From Dimorphilus gyrociliatus (taxonomy: Eukaryota; Animalia; Annelida), in NCBI GenBank assembly GCA_904063045.1, contig CAJFCJ010000039.1, positions 62,001 to 126,000 of the forward strand: 64,000 nt of DNA. Reading direction: 5' to 3'. The position numbers were made by a program, and so were the translations under genes. Shown here one piece after another: positions 10,801-23,964 of the stretch (its first letter is position 1; the number at the start of each line of letters is the position of its first letter). The notes below the pieces were generated by a model, which was given only the letters and a program-made list of their open reading frames with translations, made no database searches and had not been told where the DNA came from.

Positions 10801-13700
10801 TGTCTCTGTCTCTCTCTTTCTGTCTGTCTGTCTCTTTCTCTCTTTATTATCCTACCTTGTCTCTCGTTATCCGTGTATTCTTTCTATCTATTTTGGTACT
10901 GATCATTACATTCTCTGCCCTCTCTTTTAGCGTTCCAACTATCACTTAATAAAAGAATAGCGTAAAACACGTAGAACGCTTTCGAGTTAGTTAATAATTG
11001 TTAAGATTAGTCTAACACGTTTTAAATAATGTGGAGAGTATGATATGAATACTTGGGCCAATAGAATGCAGAGGAGGAAATAGCGGGGCTTTATAATTGA
11101 AGGGTTTTCTTTCGTCAAGACATGGAAGGAGAAAAAGACTTCTTTGATCATTTGTCAATGAGTTACTATAGAGGTGAAGGTCGTTCTGAGGACGATGTCG
11201 ATATGTTTGTACTGATTTTTGCTGCGAGCGCTGCAAAACACACCTGCCTTTTTACACCTGCTATTCCTGCTTTTCTTGCATAATAGATTGATGAGTTTGT
11301 TCAAAGATTTTCCTCTAAGATAGTCGACAATTGTCTCCGTATTTATCTTCTACATGTAATAAGATGTCTAACAAGCAGTCATTTTAAAATCCCTCTGACT
11401 TGATTAATACGGTCTTCTCTTCATCCCCTTTTCCCTAGTGTCGTTTCAGACTAAGAAAAACACTGTTTCGATATCTATTAACTGGAACGTTGGCGTTCAA
11501 AGATAGCAATATCCGTGCTCTAATTAACAAGATGAAGTGAATGATCAAACGAAAAGCGCTACCTTAATGAGAGTATGTTATACAAAGGTCAAAATAAATG
11601 AGAATGAAGAATTTAGGATTGAGAGAGAAATATCACTATCGGTCGCAGTTATGTATCATCCTTGCTGACAAATTGGAGGTCATACTTGGGAAGATATCTT
11701 CCAATTACTAGTTAGAAAAATTCCATAACAAGAGGACAGTTTATGGCACTAACTGCCCCAGAAATGATTGTTTTGGGGGTGGATGGGGAAAAGTGGGTGG
11801 AAATGAAATTGGCCTGCTGACTACCAGGCACCGAAGAGGAAAGGGTAGGGAGATCAGTTTGGAATTCAATTCAATCGTTTGTCAACGAAAGTACAACGAG
11901 TTTGTCAAGTGGAACACCTGGTGCGCTTTTTTCTTTCACAACACGAACCGGTGCAAAAACTCGATTAAAATTTGTAAGATCGATTTTTTTCGAGCTCAAC
12001 TGCACGGCACAAGGTAATGGAATAAACGAAGGATTAAAACCAGTTAATCGGTCTCTATAGACCTGTAATCCTGATCAACTTAATTCGGCTTGTAAGAATA
12101 TTGAGGCGGTCGACTCGATCGTGAAAAATTCGATAATTTGACGTGATCTAGACGTGCTTAATTTGATTGTAGAAATTCGACTGGTGAAAATTCGATAATC
12201 TTACGTGATCCTTATATACGTTGCGGTAGATTTTGGCTTTTTATTCGTTTTTCCTTTCTCCTTATTCTTTTCTTTTTATCTATTTTATATTCTCTTTCTT
12301 TCGCTTTCACTTTCACCTTATCCTTAGCATCATCCCCTTGTATTACTATCTTTCTTTCTTCTCTTTTCATTTGTAACGATCCTCTTTCCCGCCACCGCGC
12401 CCTTATCCTTTTCCTCAATTTCATTATCATCGTCATTATCACCATTATCACTATCAATTTTCTACTCCACCCTTTTTTCTATTCCTATAATTTATTCGAA
12501 AGCAAAGAAAACCTTCCATCTTCTAATTCTCTCTCTCTATCATTTTTCTTCGATTGTCCATCAATTGAAAATTTGTTTGACGGATAAAAAAACTAGAAAT
12601 GTTTTTTAAGTAGCATCTGTTGTTCTCTACCTTATCGAATATCATTGAATAAAATCAACTAATTACTAAAACACGTGCTGTCTGTATAATTTATGATAAA
12701 AAATGAAATTAAGCTTGATACATAGGTAGAATAAAAAAATTATTGACTGCCTCCACCCTTTCTCTCTCTCTCTTTCTCTCTCTTTCTATCTCTATATCTC
12801 TCTTGTAGAGTACATCAACCTTTGTAGCACTCGCTCAGGTGACTATTACAACGCCTATATTGATGTTAAACCGGGGCCAACAAATGCTAGCAAACACGTA
12901 TATTTCGCTAAATACACAAAGATAGGCTATATATATATATCATCCAATTTGATTGAATTATTCAACTTAAAGAATAAGAGAATTGAATTGAAACGGCAGA
13001 ATAAAACTGTAAAATTAATAAGCGCTATTCAAACAGTATTGCACAAAAGAACCCCCCCCCCGTCATCATCATTTGTAACGTCTATGTATTATGGAATTCC
13101 TTGTTAGACAAGTTTCTCACAGTAAAAGTGAAAGCCGTATTTGAAATTATGTGTTTAAAAGGGATTTTTTTTGCAACGTTCGAGTTAATTCAGAGTGTTC
13201 TTGGTTTCTCCTTTTAGTAGTACCTCAGCTTATCTAACCACGAATAATAACAGTCAAAAAACTCTTACATCAAATGTTTACACTTTCTTGTTAAATTTGT
13301 TGAGCTTCAAATATTTACTTTGTCTAAATATATGTTTAAGCCACAAACTGATAGTCTTTATATGTAAAAATTACACGGAATTCTCGGTTAAAATAGGCCA
13401 AACACTGGATATTCCAACGAGCGACTTAACACCTAAATAGATACTGTTCAAGCGTTGTGAACAGACGACTGAATGCCGAGCAAACATTCTGGTGTATTGA
13501 ATATTTTCAAACTGCGTTTAGCCGTAGCAGTCTATTAACGCTTAATAATACGCCCTCGTTTTTTGTATTATTCTATTGTCGCTCAATCGAACGACCCTTT
13601 ACACCCTTAACCGCCATTTTCATTGCTTGGCCTTTTTCATAAACGTATCCTCCTTCTCAATTGGCTTCATTTTCTTGAAGGAAACAGGCACCAAGACACT

Positions 13701-13714
13701 GTTGCCTTGGTAAC
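13701..13714. promoter_or_regulatory. RFX X-box GTTGCCTTGGTAAC
   Basis: Matches the GTNRCC-N2-RGYAAC consensus. Confidence 0.5.
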
Positions 13715-15439
13715 GAATTGTGCTCATACCTCTAATTATTAATCAGCACTCTTTACTCTTTTACTTTCAATTTTTATCTTTAATTATCTATTTGTCGTTT
13801 GTTCTTTATTAACTGTCCATTAGTTATGAATAAATCAGTTGATAAGCTTAGTCGATGATATTTACTTGTTCATCTATCTTCTCTAAGCTTCACTACTCTT
13901 TTCGTTTTGTCCTCAATCCCTGACCTCTCCTCGCTCTCTCTCTCTCCCCCTCTCCCCCGTTATTCTTCTTTCTTCCCTTCCCTTTTGTTTGCCATGTCTT
14001 ATCCTTAGTTTTCCTCGGCTCTTTAACCCCCACCCTCCCCTGCAACGCAATCTTCCCTTCCCCCCCCCACACACTCACTTACTCATATCGGCCCTTTTCT
14101 CAACTGTTGAATTTGTTTGAGCACATTCAACCAAACCTTAAAGCTGAATTATAATAAATCTTCATTCTCTCATTTAAAAAATCCGAGTTCTTTTTTTTCA
14201 CCAGAAATAGTCCGCTTGAATAGTAATCCTTTAATAACTCAGATCTGTTTTCTTTTTCTAATCAATCAAATTTCCACAATAGAAACACAATAGATACAAT
14301 TATGAAGCCATATTAAGCGATGGTTTTAAAATGCTTTTATATAGGCTACTATAAGGCGTCTCTTTCAACGTCTGCGCGTTCTGCCATGCAAACTTTCAAA
14401 GATGAGAAGATTAAAGCTATATTTCCATTATAAAAGTAATCGAGATGTCTTAAAATCCATTTGGTATCCTTCGACCGTTTAAGCAGAATATTTGCGTTTA
14501 AGTCGAGGGAAGAGGGATGTGGGCGGGGGAATATGAGAAAATATGAACAAATTAGTTGGTAATATAAAGGATTAAGAGCATAAATCTTGTAGTGTCATTT
14601 ATTCAATTGAATTTTGAACAATCTAGTGAAATAATATGTACAGTATATGTTTATAATATGAGAAAATAGAAGAAGTATATATATACTGTATATATATACT
14701 ATATATATATATTTCTATATGTATATACATGTACAGCATGTATATATATATATATATTTCATTGTTCAGACTTCTTTGCGTTAACCTAGCGTTAATTATT
14801 GACGTAACAGTCGGTCTGCTCTCTATTACAATCATTAGACTCGCCGTCACGATTTTGCTTTGTTTCTCTGTTCCCTGAGTAAAAATTGTGAGCTTTCCAC
14901 CAGTTGGATTATGTGAATTATAAAAGAGAATTGAAGGAAAAGAAGTCAATGCTTCTAAATGGTGTTGTGTCCGTTTAAAAACGTTGTTAGTTTGTTCAGA
15001 GAGAAAGAAGATAGATAGAAAGAGGATAATTAAAATTTAAGTACGTGTAGACTGTGGTTACCAAGCTACTTTTGTGCACCGTGTATCGACCGACCGCCGC
15101 CACCTGCGCCGCCTCGTTATAAACACGTGATTTTTATATTGCCGGTGCACACTGTACATCATTTTGTACATTTTTGAAAAAGAAAAACGTTTATCCATTA
15201 TTGCTTTATGTGAGTAACTTTACCTTTTCAGGAATTTCCACAAAGCTCTCTAAACACCGTAATGACATTTGGTAAAAGATAATTTCATATACTTAATCTA
15301 CTAATAAATTCTTTTAATAAATTTATACATTTCTTATGATTAGTTAATAAATTTATATTTACTCGTCAGCATTTCAAAACATTTATACACGTATACAAGT
15401 TTATAACAAAAGGGATCTGATTAAACACATTTGATAATA

Positions 15440-15510
<71 letters not shown>

Positions 15511-15542
15511 CGCTCGCTCTATCTATCTATCTATCTATCTAT
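15440..15542 (+). repeat. Compound (CT)n-(CTCG)n-(TATC)n microsatellite
   Basis: Directly visible ~100-bp polypyrimidine/compound repeat. Confidence 0.95.
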
Positions 15543-16531
15543 TTCACTCTCCCGTTCTCTCTTTTTCTCATTCTCTTTGACAAAGCAGCATATGTATGAA
15601 TAAATGCAGTATGATATATATATATATATATGTCTGTATACACTGTATTCATATTAATAACTGTATAAAACTGTATATATGTCTACTCAGAATACAAATA
15701 TATATGCTTTGGTGTATCTAGCAATTCTTATACTCTATACTATTGACATATACCAATGATTATATATTTGAAAAGAAATATATATACTTCGTATGGAACA
15801 TATTTCTTTTCTCTTATTTCCCTCTACTTATATTTTTTTTTTATATATTAATATATTAATGTGCCTACGCATTAAGCTATTCAGACAATCATAGACATCT
15901 TGTCTTTATCCTTTAGAATTCTTAGTCGAGGGTCCAAACAATCATTCTATATGCTTATATACACGTCTATTAAAAATTCTTTTTATACGTTTCTTCTATT
16001 TATGAATAAACACATGTATACACAGACGCACACATATATATCTATATAATATATATGTCTAAAGCCTTATATATTTAAATAAGGTTATATTGTTGTATAT
16101 AAAAAATTTGTGAATATTCATAAATAAATAAAAATAAATAATAAAAATATATGCAGAGAATATATTTTGATAGGATTTGTATACATTGTTCAAAAATATA
16201 GGATTCTTTTTTTGTGTTCAATTCAAATTGAAACTTAACAATAAAGGTAAATTAATATATATATATATATGATTTCTTTTTTCTGTTTCCTTTTTGTATT
16301 CTCTTCCTATCTCTTCGAATGTATAGTTTTATTATTCAATCATTCGTTCACTCCACAACACACACACACACACACGTACAAGCACGCACATACATACATA
16401 TATTCATACACGTACACCGTAATTACACGTTCAAAATCATTGTTATACAAATTACGGAGAAATAGAATATTATACTCAAACATCACACCTAAAACAAAAA
16501 TGAAAATATAAAAGAATTAACGTAGACTTAC

Positions 16532-16606
16532 TTCTTCGTCGGGATTCGTATTAACCGAATCCATACTTTGAGAAAGAGCTATCGAATTTTCCGTATTCAA
16601 AGCCAT
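16532..16606 (-). CDS. cpo: Coding exon 1 of couch potato / RBPMS / MEC-8 family RRM protein (MALNTENSIALSQSMDSVNTNPDEE|); remainder of gene lies left of the window
   Basis: ATG at 16606, 25 codons, then a perfect phase-0 donor GAA|GTAAGT (16531). LSQSMDSVNT..EE recalls the motif immediately preceding [22 protein letters not shown] in Cpo, and RBPMS also has an intron right after EEE. No VRTLFVSG exon found in 1-16500. The family call rests on 25 residues recalled from memory. Confidence 0.8.
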
Positions 16607-16669
16607 TTCACTTTGCAAGCATGTGTTTCGCTGGCTCGGATATGACTGTCTGCCGATTTTTTTACCTGT

Positions 16670-16745
16670 TCTCCCACGGTGGCGCCGTTTTATTCGAAAA
16701 GTGACGTCACGGAATAAGAAGCCTTTGATTGGACAAAAGCTGTGC
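16670..16745 (-). promoter_or_regulatory. Proximal promoter of cpo-like gene: CRE (TGACGTCA 16702-16709) and CCAAT box (16728-16732)
   Basis: Perfect CRE palindrome and CCAAT on the minus strand, about 100-125 nt upstream of the ATG, in a CpG-rich patch. Confidence 0.55.
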
Positions 16746-17641
16746 GGTTGGGTGTTGTATCGTTAAATTGGGGAAAATAATATGAATTGATAGACGAATA
16801 ACAAACTGTGAATATTATGATGAAATTAACGGGTAAATATAGAGAGAAAGAGGGAGAGAGGTGAGAGGGAGAGAACGTAGGAGAGGAATAGAGGAGTAGC
16901 GCTGAATTTTATAAATAGATACAAAAAATTGGGGTTCGTGTGAAAGAAAAAAATTTCTTTCAATTCTAATCCATAAGAAAAGGGATTGAATAAAATCAAG
17001 TCTTTTATTTAGTTAACGTCATTGTCGTCATCCGGTTAGCTAATCATCTTGAAAAGTTCATCTAAGCGCAATAGATTGTCTGACAAGTGCTATTTTAAAG
17101 ATAAATAGATGAAGCAGGTTACTTTACTCCTTTTCTCTTTAGTAAAGAAACATTTACAAGCCACACCCAAAATGGATTAGCTTTAAATTATCTTGGTACA
17201 TATTCTAACTTAACTTAGTTATCAAACGGAAGAATAGCGGTAGAATGGGAGACGGAGACGGCACATTCATCAATCAGGAATATACTTAATATTAATATAC
17301 ACAATAGATAATAACTCGTTCAAATTTTAGCCTATATATAAACACCTTGAATACTATTATAGATGTGAGAGATTGAGAGAAAAAGAGCCGCTATATGTTT
17401 CCTTATACAGTATAAATCGACAGTCATTTTATCATTCTCTCTCTTTTTCTCCACTTTGGGTATTTGATTAAATAAAAGGTATTTATTTTTTTATTTAATC
17501 TCTTCATTTGATCTATTTAATGGATACGCAATTTTGCTAATTGACTCGTCAAAATTATCACTTTTTTATTTTCCAAGCCAATAAGCAAATTTCTTTTTCT
17601 TAAATCAAATTTTCAATTACCTGCCAGGTAGAGAGAGAGAC

Positions 17642-17716
<75 letters not shown>

Positions 17717-19754
17717 GACAGTCAGGGAAAGAATAAATGAAAGGGGGAACGAAAAGAGGACAGATACAGGAAAGCCAAAAGTAAGGATAACTTTTATCTT
17801 GTTTTAGGCGAACAATAACAATAATAGTCAAATCAATCTTTTCGTCATCCTTCAATTCTCTTCTACCTTCTCTTTCCTCACCTGGCAACTCTTCCGCCTT
17901 CTATCAGTCTTTGCCACTTTTTTCATGCTTTATTCATCTCCTCATCAAAAAACACACGCCAAATTAGCGCTAATTAAACGACAAGTCGGAAGTTGAACAA
18001 TAGTGTATATACTGAGCACATCTTTCGTGCACCTTTATCTTTTTGACTAAAATCCTTTAATAGTAGGAGCGTAACCTATAATGAGGGACAAACTAAGAAA
18101 GAAAGACGAAGAGATGTCTTACGAGTTTTTTTCGTTTTGAATGGATTAATACTATTCAATATTAGTTAATTTGCGTTTACTATTCCAAAATCTTCTCAAA
18201 TGCCTTATAGACTAGGAGCTTAGAGTCTCTTAAAAATACTGATCCTAATCAAAGTCTGTTTTGGGCCTATTATAGTCCTATTGTCTGAACTAAACGTGTG
18301 GCTGCAGGCATGTTGAAAGATTTTCCTCTTAATAAACCTTAGCATTATTATAATATTAAGATTAGCACTCGTACAGCTAATGTCGTTATAACATTATTAG
18401 TAAAATAACCTTTTCTCAAGGAATAATGCGTTCCGGCTATTGACGAAGATAATTGGTAAAAAATATTAACATATTACTTTACACAATTACAACGTCAAAT
18501 CTCCTTTTAGAAAATAAATATACACACTTACATACATTTATACAGATATATGAATATATATATATCTTTATGTGTTTTTCTTCTTTTGTTTACGCATACA
18601 AATACCTAGACTGTTTATACACGAGTATTAAAATACCTACAATTTGCTGTATATAAATAAATATGTATTGTATACTTTTTTTTCATATGTGTCATTGAAT
18701 ACATAAACCTAGTAATTCTATATATACTGTGTATTCAATTTAAATGTATATATATATATATATATTTATATACCAATGTATACATGGATTAGTTGTTATT
18801 CATTTAAATCATCTAAAGTACTGTCTTTTCTCAGCTCTCGTTTATTACAGAATTTGCAATAGTTGCACACTTTTTATTATCTAAAATTAAAAAGTAAAAG
18901 AATCAAACAGATAAAAGTAAAAAACTATTTCTTTTTTTAAGTACATGTTTGTAAATATAGATGCAGTTTATTTTCAGATCAGTCGGTTCTCTCTCTCTCT
19001 CTTCATCTCTTTAATTTCTTTTTTAAGTCTAATTTTAAATGGCAAGAGGCAGAGAGAATAAACACTTTTTTTTTAGTTTTGATCAAGCGAAAAAAATTGA
19101 GATGAAAAAATTGTAAAAAGGATCGGTTTACATCGATACCCTTGAGTGGGGAATCGCATGATAAAGCGAGTGATTAGGCTAAAGGATGGCGGTGTAAAGC
19201 TTATGTTACCGTAAGTTTATATTCTTTTGTGACAATTGTAAAATTATATAGTTTAAAAACTATTAAATAATCTTATTCAAGTATTTTGTATTGATCCTAA
19301 GAAAAGGCGTTTCCTTTAGTAATATACACAAGTAATATATAATATATATATACGGTATATATAGCATATGTAGTAACCGTCTTATTCTTTTGTAATGTTT
19401 TTTTTTATTTACTTTAAAGATTAACTATTTATTTGAATCAATTTCTCATCAATTTTTTAATAGCATAGCTTTCTTGAAAACATCAGGGTAAAATCAGACT
19501 TCTCCGCTAAAAGTAGGCTTTATTATTGCATTTTAAAGCCGTCTATAAAACACTACAAGCCATTGGCGTGACTATCCTGCAATTGAATTAATTGAATTTA
19601 ACAGGGCATTCATTGATGAACTGCTTTTTTCATTCGTCTTTTAGTTTTATTTCTCTTTTGATTTTTATCTTCTTTAACTAGAAATTCAAAATAGGAAAAA
19701 TTAAATAAATAAATAAATAAATAAATAACAAATAAATGGGTCAATAATAAATAC

Positions 19755-19792
<38 letters not shown>

Positions 19793-20527
19793 ATATGAGA
19801 GAAGATGATAAAAAAAGCCAAGTTATATTCGTTTACAAAAATCTATAAAATTATTTCATAAACAGCTTCGACACCCACATTCTATTAAATAGAAAAACAG
19901 ATAATGAAATTTAGAGACTAATGTAAATTTCGGTCCGAATTCCATAAAAACAAAAATAGTTGGCTTGCATCTCATGAATAATTTAAATGTCTTTTTTTTT
20001 AAATGTTCTCCCTTTTCTTTTTTATCTACTCTCTTCAATCTTTCTCATATTCTCTTAATTTAAAGAAGGAGAAATTTTTCATTCTATTATTAATTCATTT
20101 TAATTCTTTTCTCTTTCTTTTTAAAAACGGTTTTTCTTTTCAATTTCTTTTTCTCTTCCTTCTTCATCTCCTCTATTCACCCCTTTCCCTCCCTTTCCCT
20201 TCCTCTCTCATTCATTCATTACTTTTCTCTGCCTCTCTGCCTCTCCCTCTTTCTGACGATCTGTCTATCTCTACCAAACATATTCTTTTTTTTCTATAAT
20301 TCATTCATGTCTTTTTTTTGTGTTCAATTGAAAAAAAAAGAGAAAAGAATTTTTTTCTTCGCCTTTAACAGTTTGCTATTTCTATTTGGCACACCGGTTA
20401 TCCACTTTTAATTGCTGCACGTTAAATTAACCTGTATTCTATTGATTCGACGTATACTTAAGACTTTTTGTACCTAGTTCTTTGTTTAAATTTTTTAAAA
20501 AGAGTAGAGTATATATCTATCTATCTA

Positions 20528-20562
<35 letters not shown>

Positions 20563-22252
20563 ATATGTATACATAGATATATGGATATATAGATATATAC
20601 ATACATAAGGTTAATAAAAAGAGAAACGTGCCTATAAAGTCAACTAGAAAATTCACAAGGTAACAGATGGAATTGCTTATGGCTGCATATTGGGGCGTTA
20701 GGTAAATTTTTAATGATGGCCGTATTTCATTTCATTTCTACGTGTTTCGACACGATTAGAATTCAAAATGATCTCAAAATGAGAAACCAGCAGGCATCTT
20801 TATCCGGGTAGAGTTTTTTTTTACTTTATACTTTATACAGGCTGTATATAATATAATTTTCATTCAAACATTTCAACATACGCTTAAAGGTTATAGCCTA
20901 TAATTAAATGATATGCTCTCATATATACAGTATACAGTATATTTACTGTATTTACTATATATAAACTATATATATATATATATAGTTTATGTCTACGCCA
21001 AAAGATAAATTAATAAGAGAACATATAGACCTATATAGACCTATATTATAATATTTATAAATGAAAGAAAAGCACATGAGGCCGGCGACAGTACAAACTG
21101 CAATATCTTTTATAGTTTATCTTTAAATTCTTATAAAGCCTGTGCATAAGTAATAATTTTTAATCAATGTTTTACCAACTTTTTCTCTTTTAAGTAGCAG
21201 CTCACCGTATTTATTTCCGTATTTAAAGCTTTTACTTAAGAAATATATAGTAAAGAATTACAAAAGATTACCTTTACATCGTTATATTTTATTATAAATA
21301 TACTGCAATAATCTATTTTTAACCCAATGCAGTTCTACTACAATATTAAAACTTTATTTAAAAAAAAAGAGAGAAGGAAAGTAAAGGATAAAGAAATAAA
21401 TGTTTAATCGTTTCCTTTCAATTCGTGTGCGCTTTTATTAAATTTCGCGTAATTGGTAAAATTAACGAATAATTTATTATCATTCATTTTGAAAGCTTCT
21501 CTTCTTTTTTTTGCTCTCTTTTCTTTCAGCTCCCTCTCTCTCTCTCTCTCTCTCTCTCTTCCTTACAACCGTCAGTTGATTTGTAAAATATTTTATTACG
21601 TCTTGACGTTTCTCTTCCTTCTGGAGGAGGAAGCTGAGGGAATGGAAGATTGAATGAAATAAAGAGGATAAAAGTAAAAATGAAGCGGCAGAGAAAGAGA
21701 AGCAATGTCTTATTTGCGCTACGTATTCAGTTTATTAAACATATTTAGTGTGTGTACTCAGAACATATATGTTCAAGAGTACGTGAAATTGTTTGACAAA
21801 CAACTCTCGTAGGCATTGGTAAAGGGAAGAGATTTTGAACTGAAACCGATTTGGTCAAAATCCCTTACAGATTAGTAAGGGCGGTGGTTTTTTTGTAGCT
21901 AGTAAGAGTTTTAAAGGATTATAATCCGCTAAGTCTGTATTTGATATTCTCAATCGAAAAAAGGGAAAAATTAGCAACAAAAGGAGGAGAAAATGATGAT
22001 TTAATAGCGAAAAGATATTTAAATCTAAAAATACATACTTCTTATATATACGGTATATATACTACAAGAAAGGGATTTGAACAAAACAACAGTGCGTGTT
22101 CAATCAATCGATCTGGTCGATTCTCAAGATTTTTCGAGCGCTTTAATAATGCAGCAATTAATTCGAATTCGCAATTAATAGGAATCTATCAAGAGGATCG
22201 ACTTGGGCTACTTCATTAGTTTGCCAATACGCCGCTCACGCTGAAGATATAG

Positions 22253-22266
22253 GTTGCTAAGGCAAC
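22253..22266. promoter_or_regulatory. RFX X-box GTTGCTAAGGCAAC
   Basis: Near-palindromic GTTGCY-NN-RGCAAC match. Confidence 0.5.
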
Positions 22267-23964
22267 AAGCTCCTGCTTTCCTAATTAATTTTAGCCTGTT
22301 GTTTCAGAGTTTTAATATGGTTGCTCCAATCGAAAAATTGATCTGCGAGTTACTGTTTACAAAATGTAACGAACATTTAGTCGTAGATGGCGCACTACAA
22401 GATAATAATAGCCAACTTTTTTCTCTCTCTCTCTAGCTCTCTCTCCTCGTCTTTCTCTAATGCTAATTACATCTCACTAGATGGCACAAAGAACGCTCAG
22501 TTAGGCTTTAAAGCCTGTTTTCTGTTTTTTCTCTCCAGTTAAATCATTCTAAAGCACGTAAAAAATATAAAAAACTAGGATAAGAATTCATTAACCAAAA
22601 TTATAAGAAAGTAATAGTTTCGTTACTTTTAGAAGAATTTCATAAAAGATTAATTTACTATGAGAGAATTATTCTTCGCTCTCATTACCTTAAATCGTAA
22701 AATAATCACGACCTTTGGCCTCGTTCTAATCGGCTACTAAAAAGAATCTCCGAGGATTTTCTAATCAGTCTTAAGGAGAGAAAAATCAACATATAATGAT
22801 GACAATAATGACGATGATACTACAAATGAGAGAGCAGTAGAAGCGATGACGGTGCAGTTGAGGCGGTGTAAAAGAGAAGGAGGGGAATGGGAGGGACGGA
22901 GGCAAATAGACAGACAGACAAATAGATCGAAAAGAAGGAAAGATAAAGCCAAGTTATTTTTAAAAAGAAAACAATAAAGAAAGAAGGAGGGCAAAGGAAG
23001 CAGGAATAAAGAAAAGTGTCATTTTATCTTCTATTTGAGTTTGTTTTCCCTTTTTTTTCAATTGACCTGGCTGACATAAGAAAGTGTGATAGAATCGAAT
23101 AAACGTGTAATAATTTTAAACATATACATACTATATTGATTTTGCTTCTTCTTCCTCTTTCTCCTCCCCTCCTTCTCTCTCTCTTTCTCTCTGTCTTTTC
23201 CTTCCATTTTCTCTCTTTTCTCTCTTTCCTTTTTCAAGACATAGTCCACTACCCTTTGATACGATCCGTATCAGCTTCCCTCATTTCAACTTTTTTCTCT
23301 TTTATTCTCCTCCGCTGGTTTATTAATGACAAATCTAAATAGGCTAAAGTCTTTTTTTTCTCTTCCTCGCCAACGTCTTTCTCTTTGACTGAGAGATAGA
23401 GAGACACAGAGAGTGAGAGAGAGTGAGAGAGAGGTAAGTGGAAAGGGATGAGAAAGAGAGATAGAGAGAAAGAAAGGGAGAGTTGATCTACATAATTCAA
23501 CTTTCGTTAATTACCTAAATTAATTAACTGCTCTATTTAAAGAAAAAAATGAACGATTGATTTCTTTTATCTACGTTGAACAAAGGAAAAAAATAAAGAG
23601 GAAAGTTGATACAAAAAGGTTATAATCAATGTTTAAATGACTGTATCATTTATATAAATATATTAAAACCAACTGCTCCGTAAACAGCACACATTTTGTA
23701 TGACATACTGTATATTCTACATAATAATATATATTATATATACCTTTTCTATATATATATATATATATATATGTATTCTTAATTAGCTTTTTTAGCTTTC
23801 TTTCAAGCAACTTAGAAACAAACAAACACACAAAAACAGAGAAGAATCTTATTGATTATCTTATTAAAAAGGATTTATTTTCCATTTTCCCTCCTATATT
23901 ATACTACTTGTATGTCATGTGTACATCGAGAATGGCGTTATTCCCCTGCAGATATTTTCTACAG

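Noticed and set aside
11012-11236. Minus-strand exon-like segment as terminal exon of cpo
   Set aside because: The RRM exons are not present between 16531 and 11236, so it cannot be the 3' end of that gene.
17610-17626. U1 snRNA 5' end (TACCTGGCAGG on minus strand)
   Set aside because: Only 11 nt match; no stem-loops or Sm site follow.
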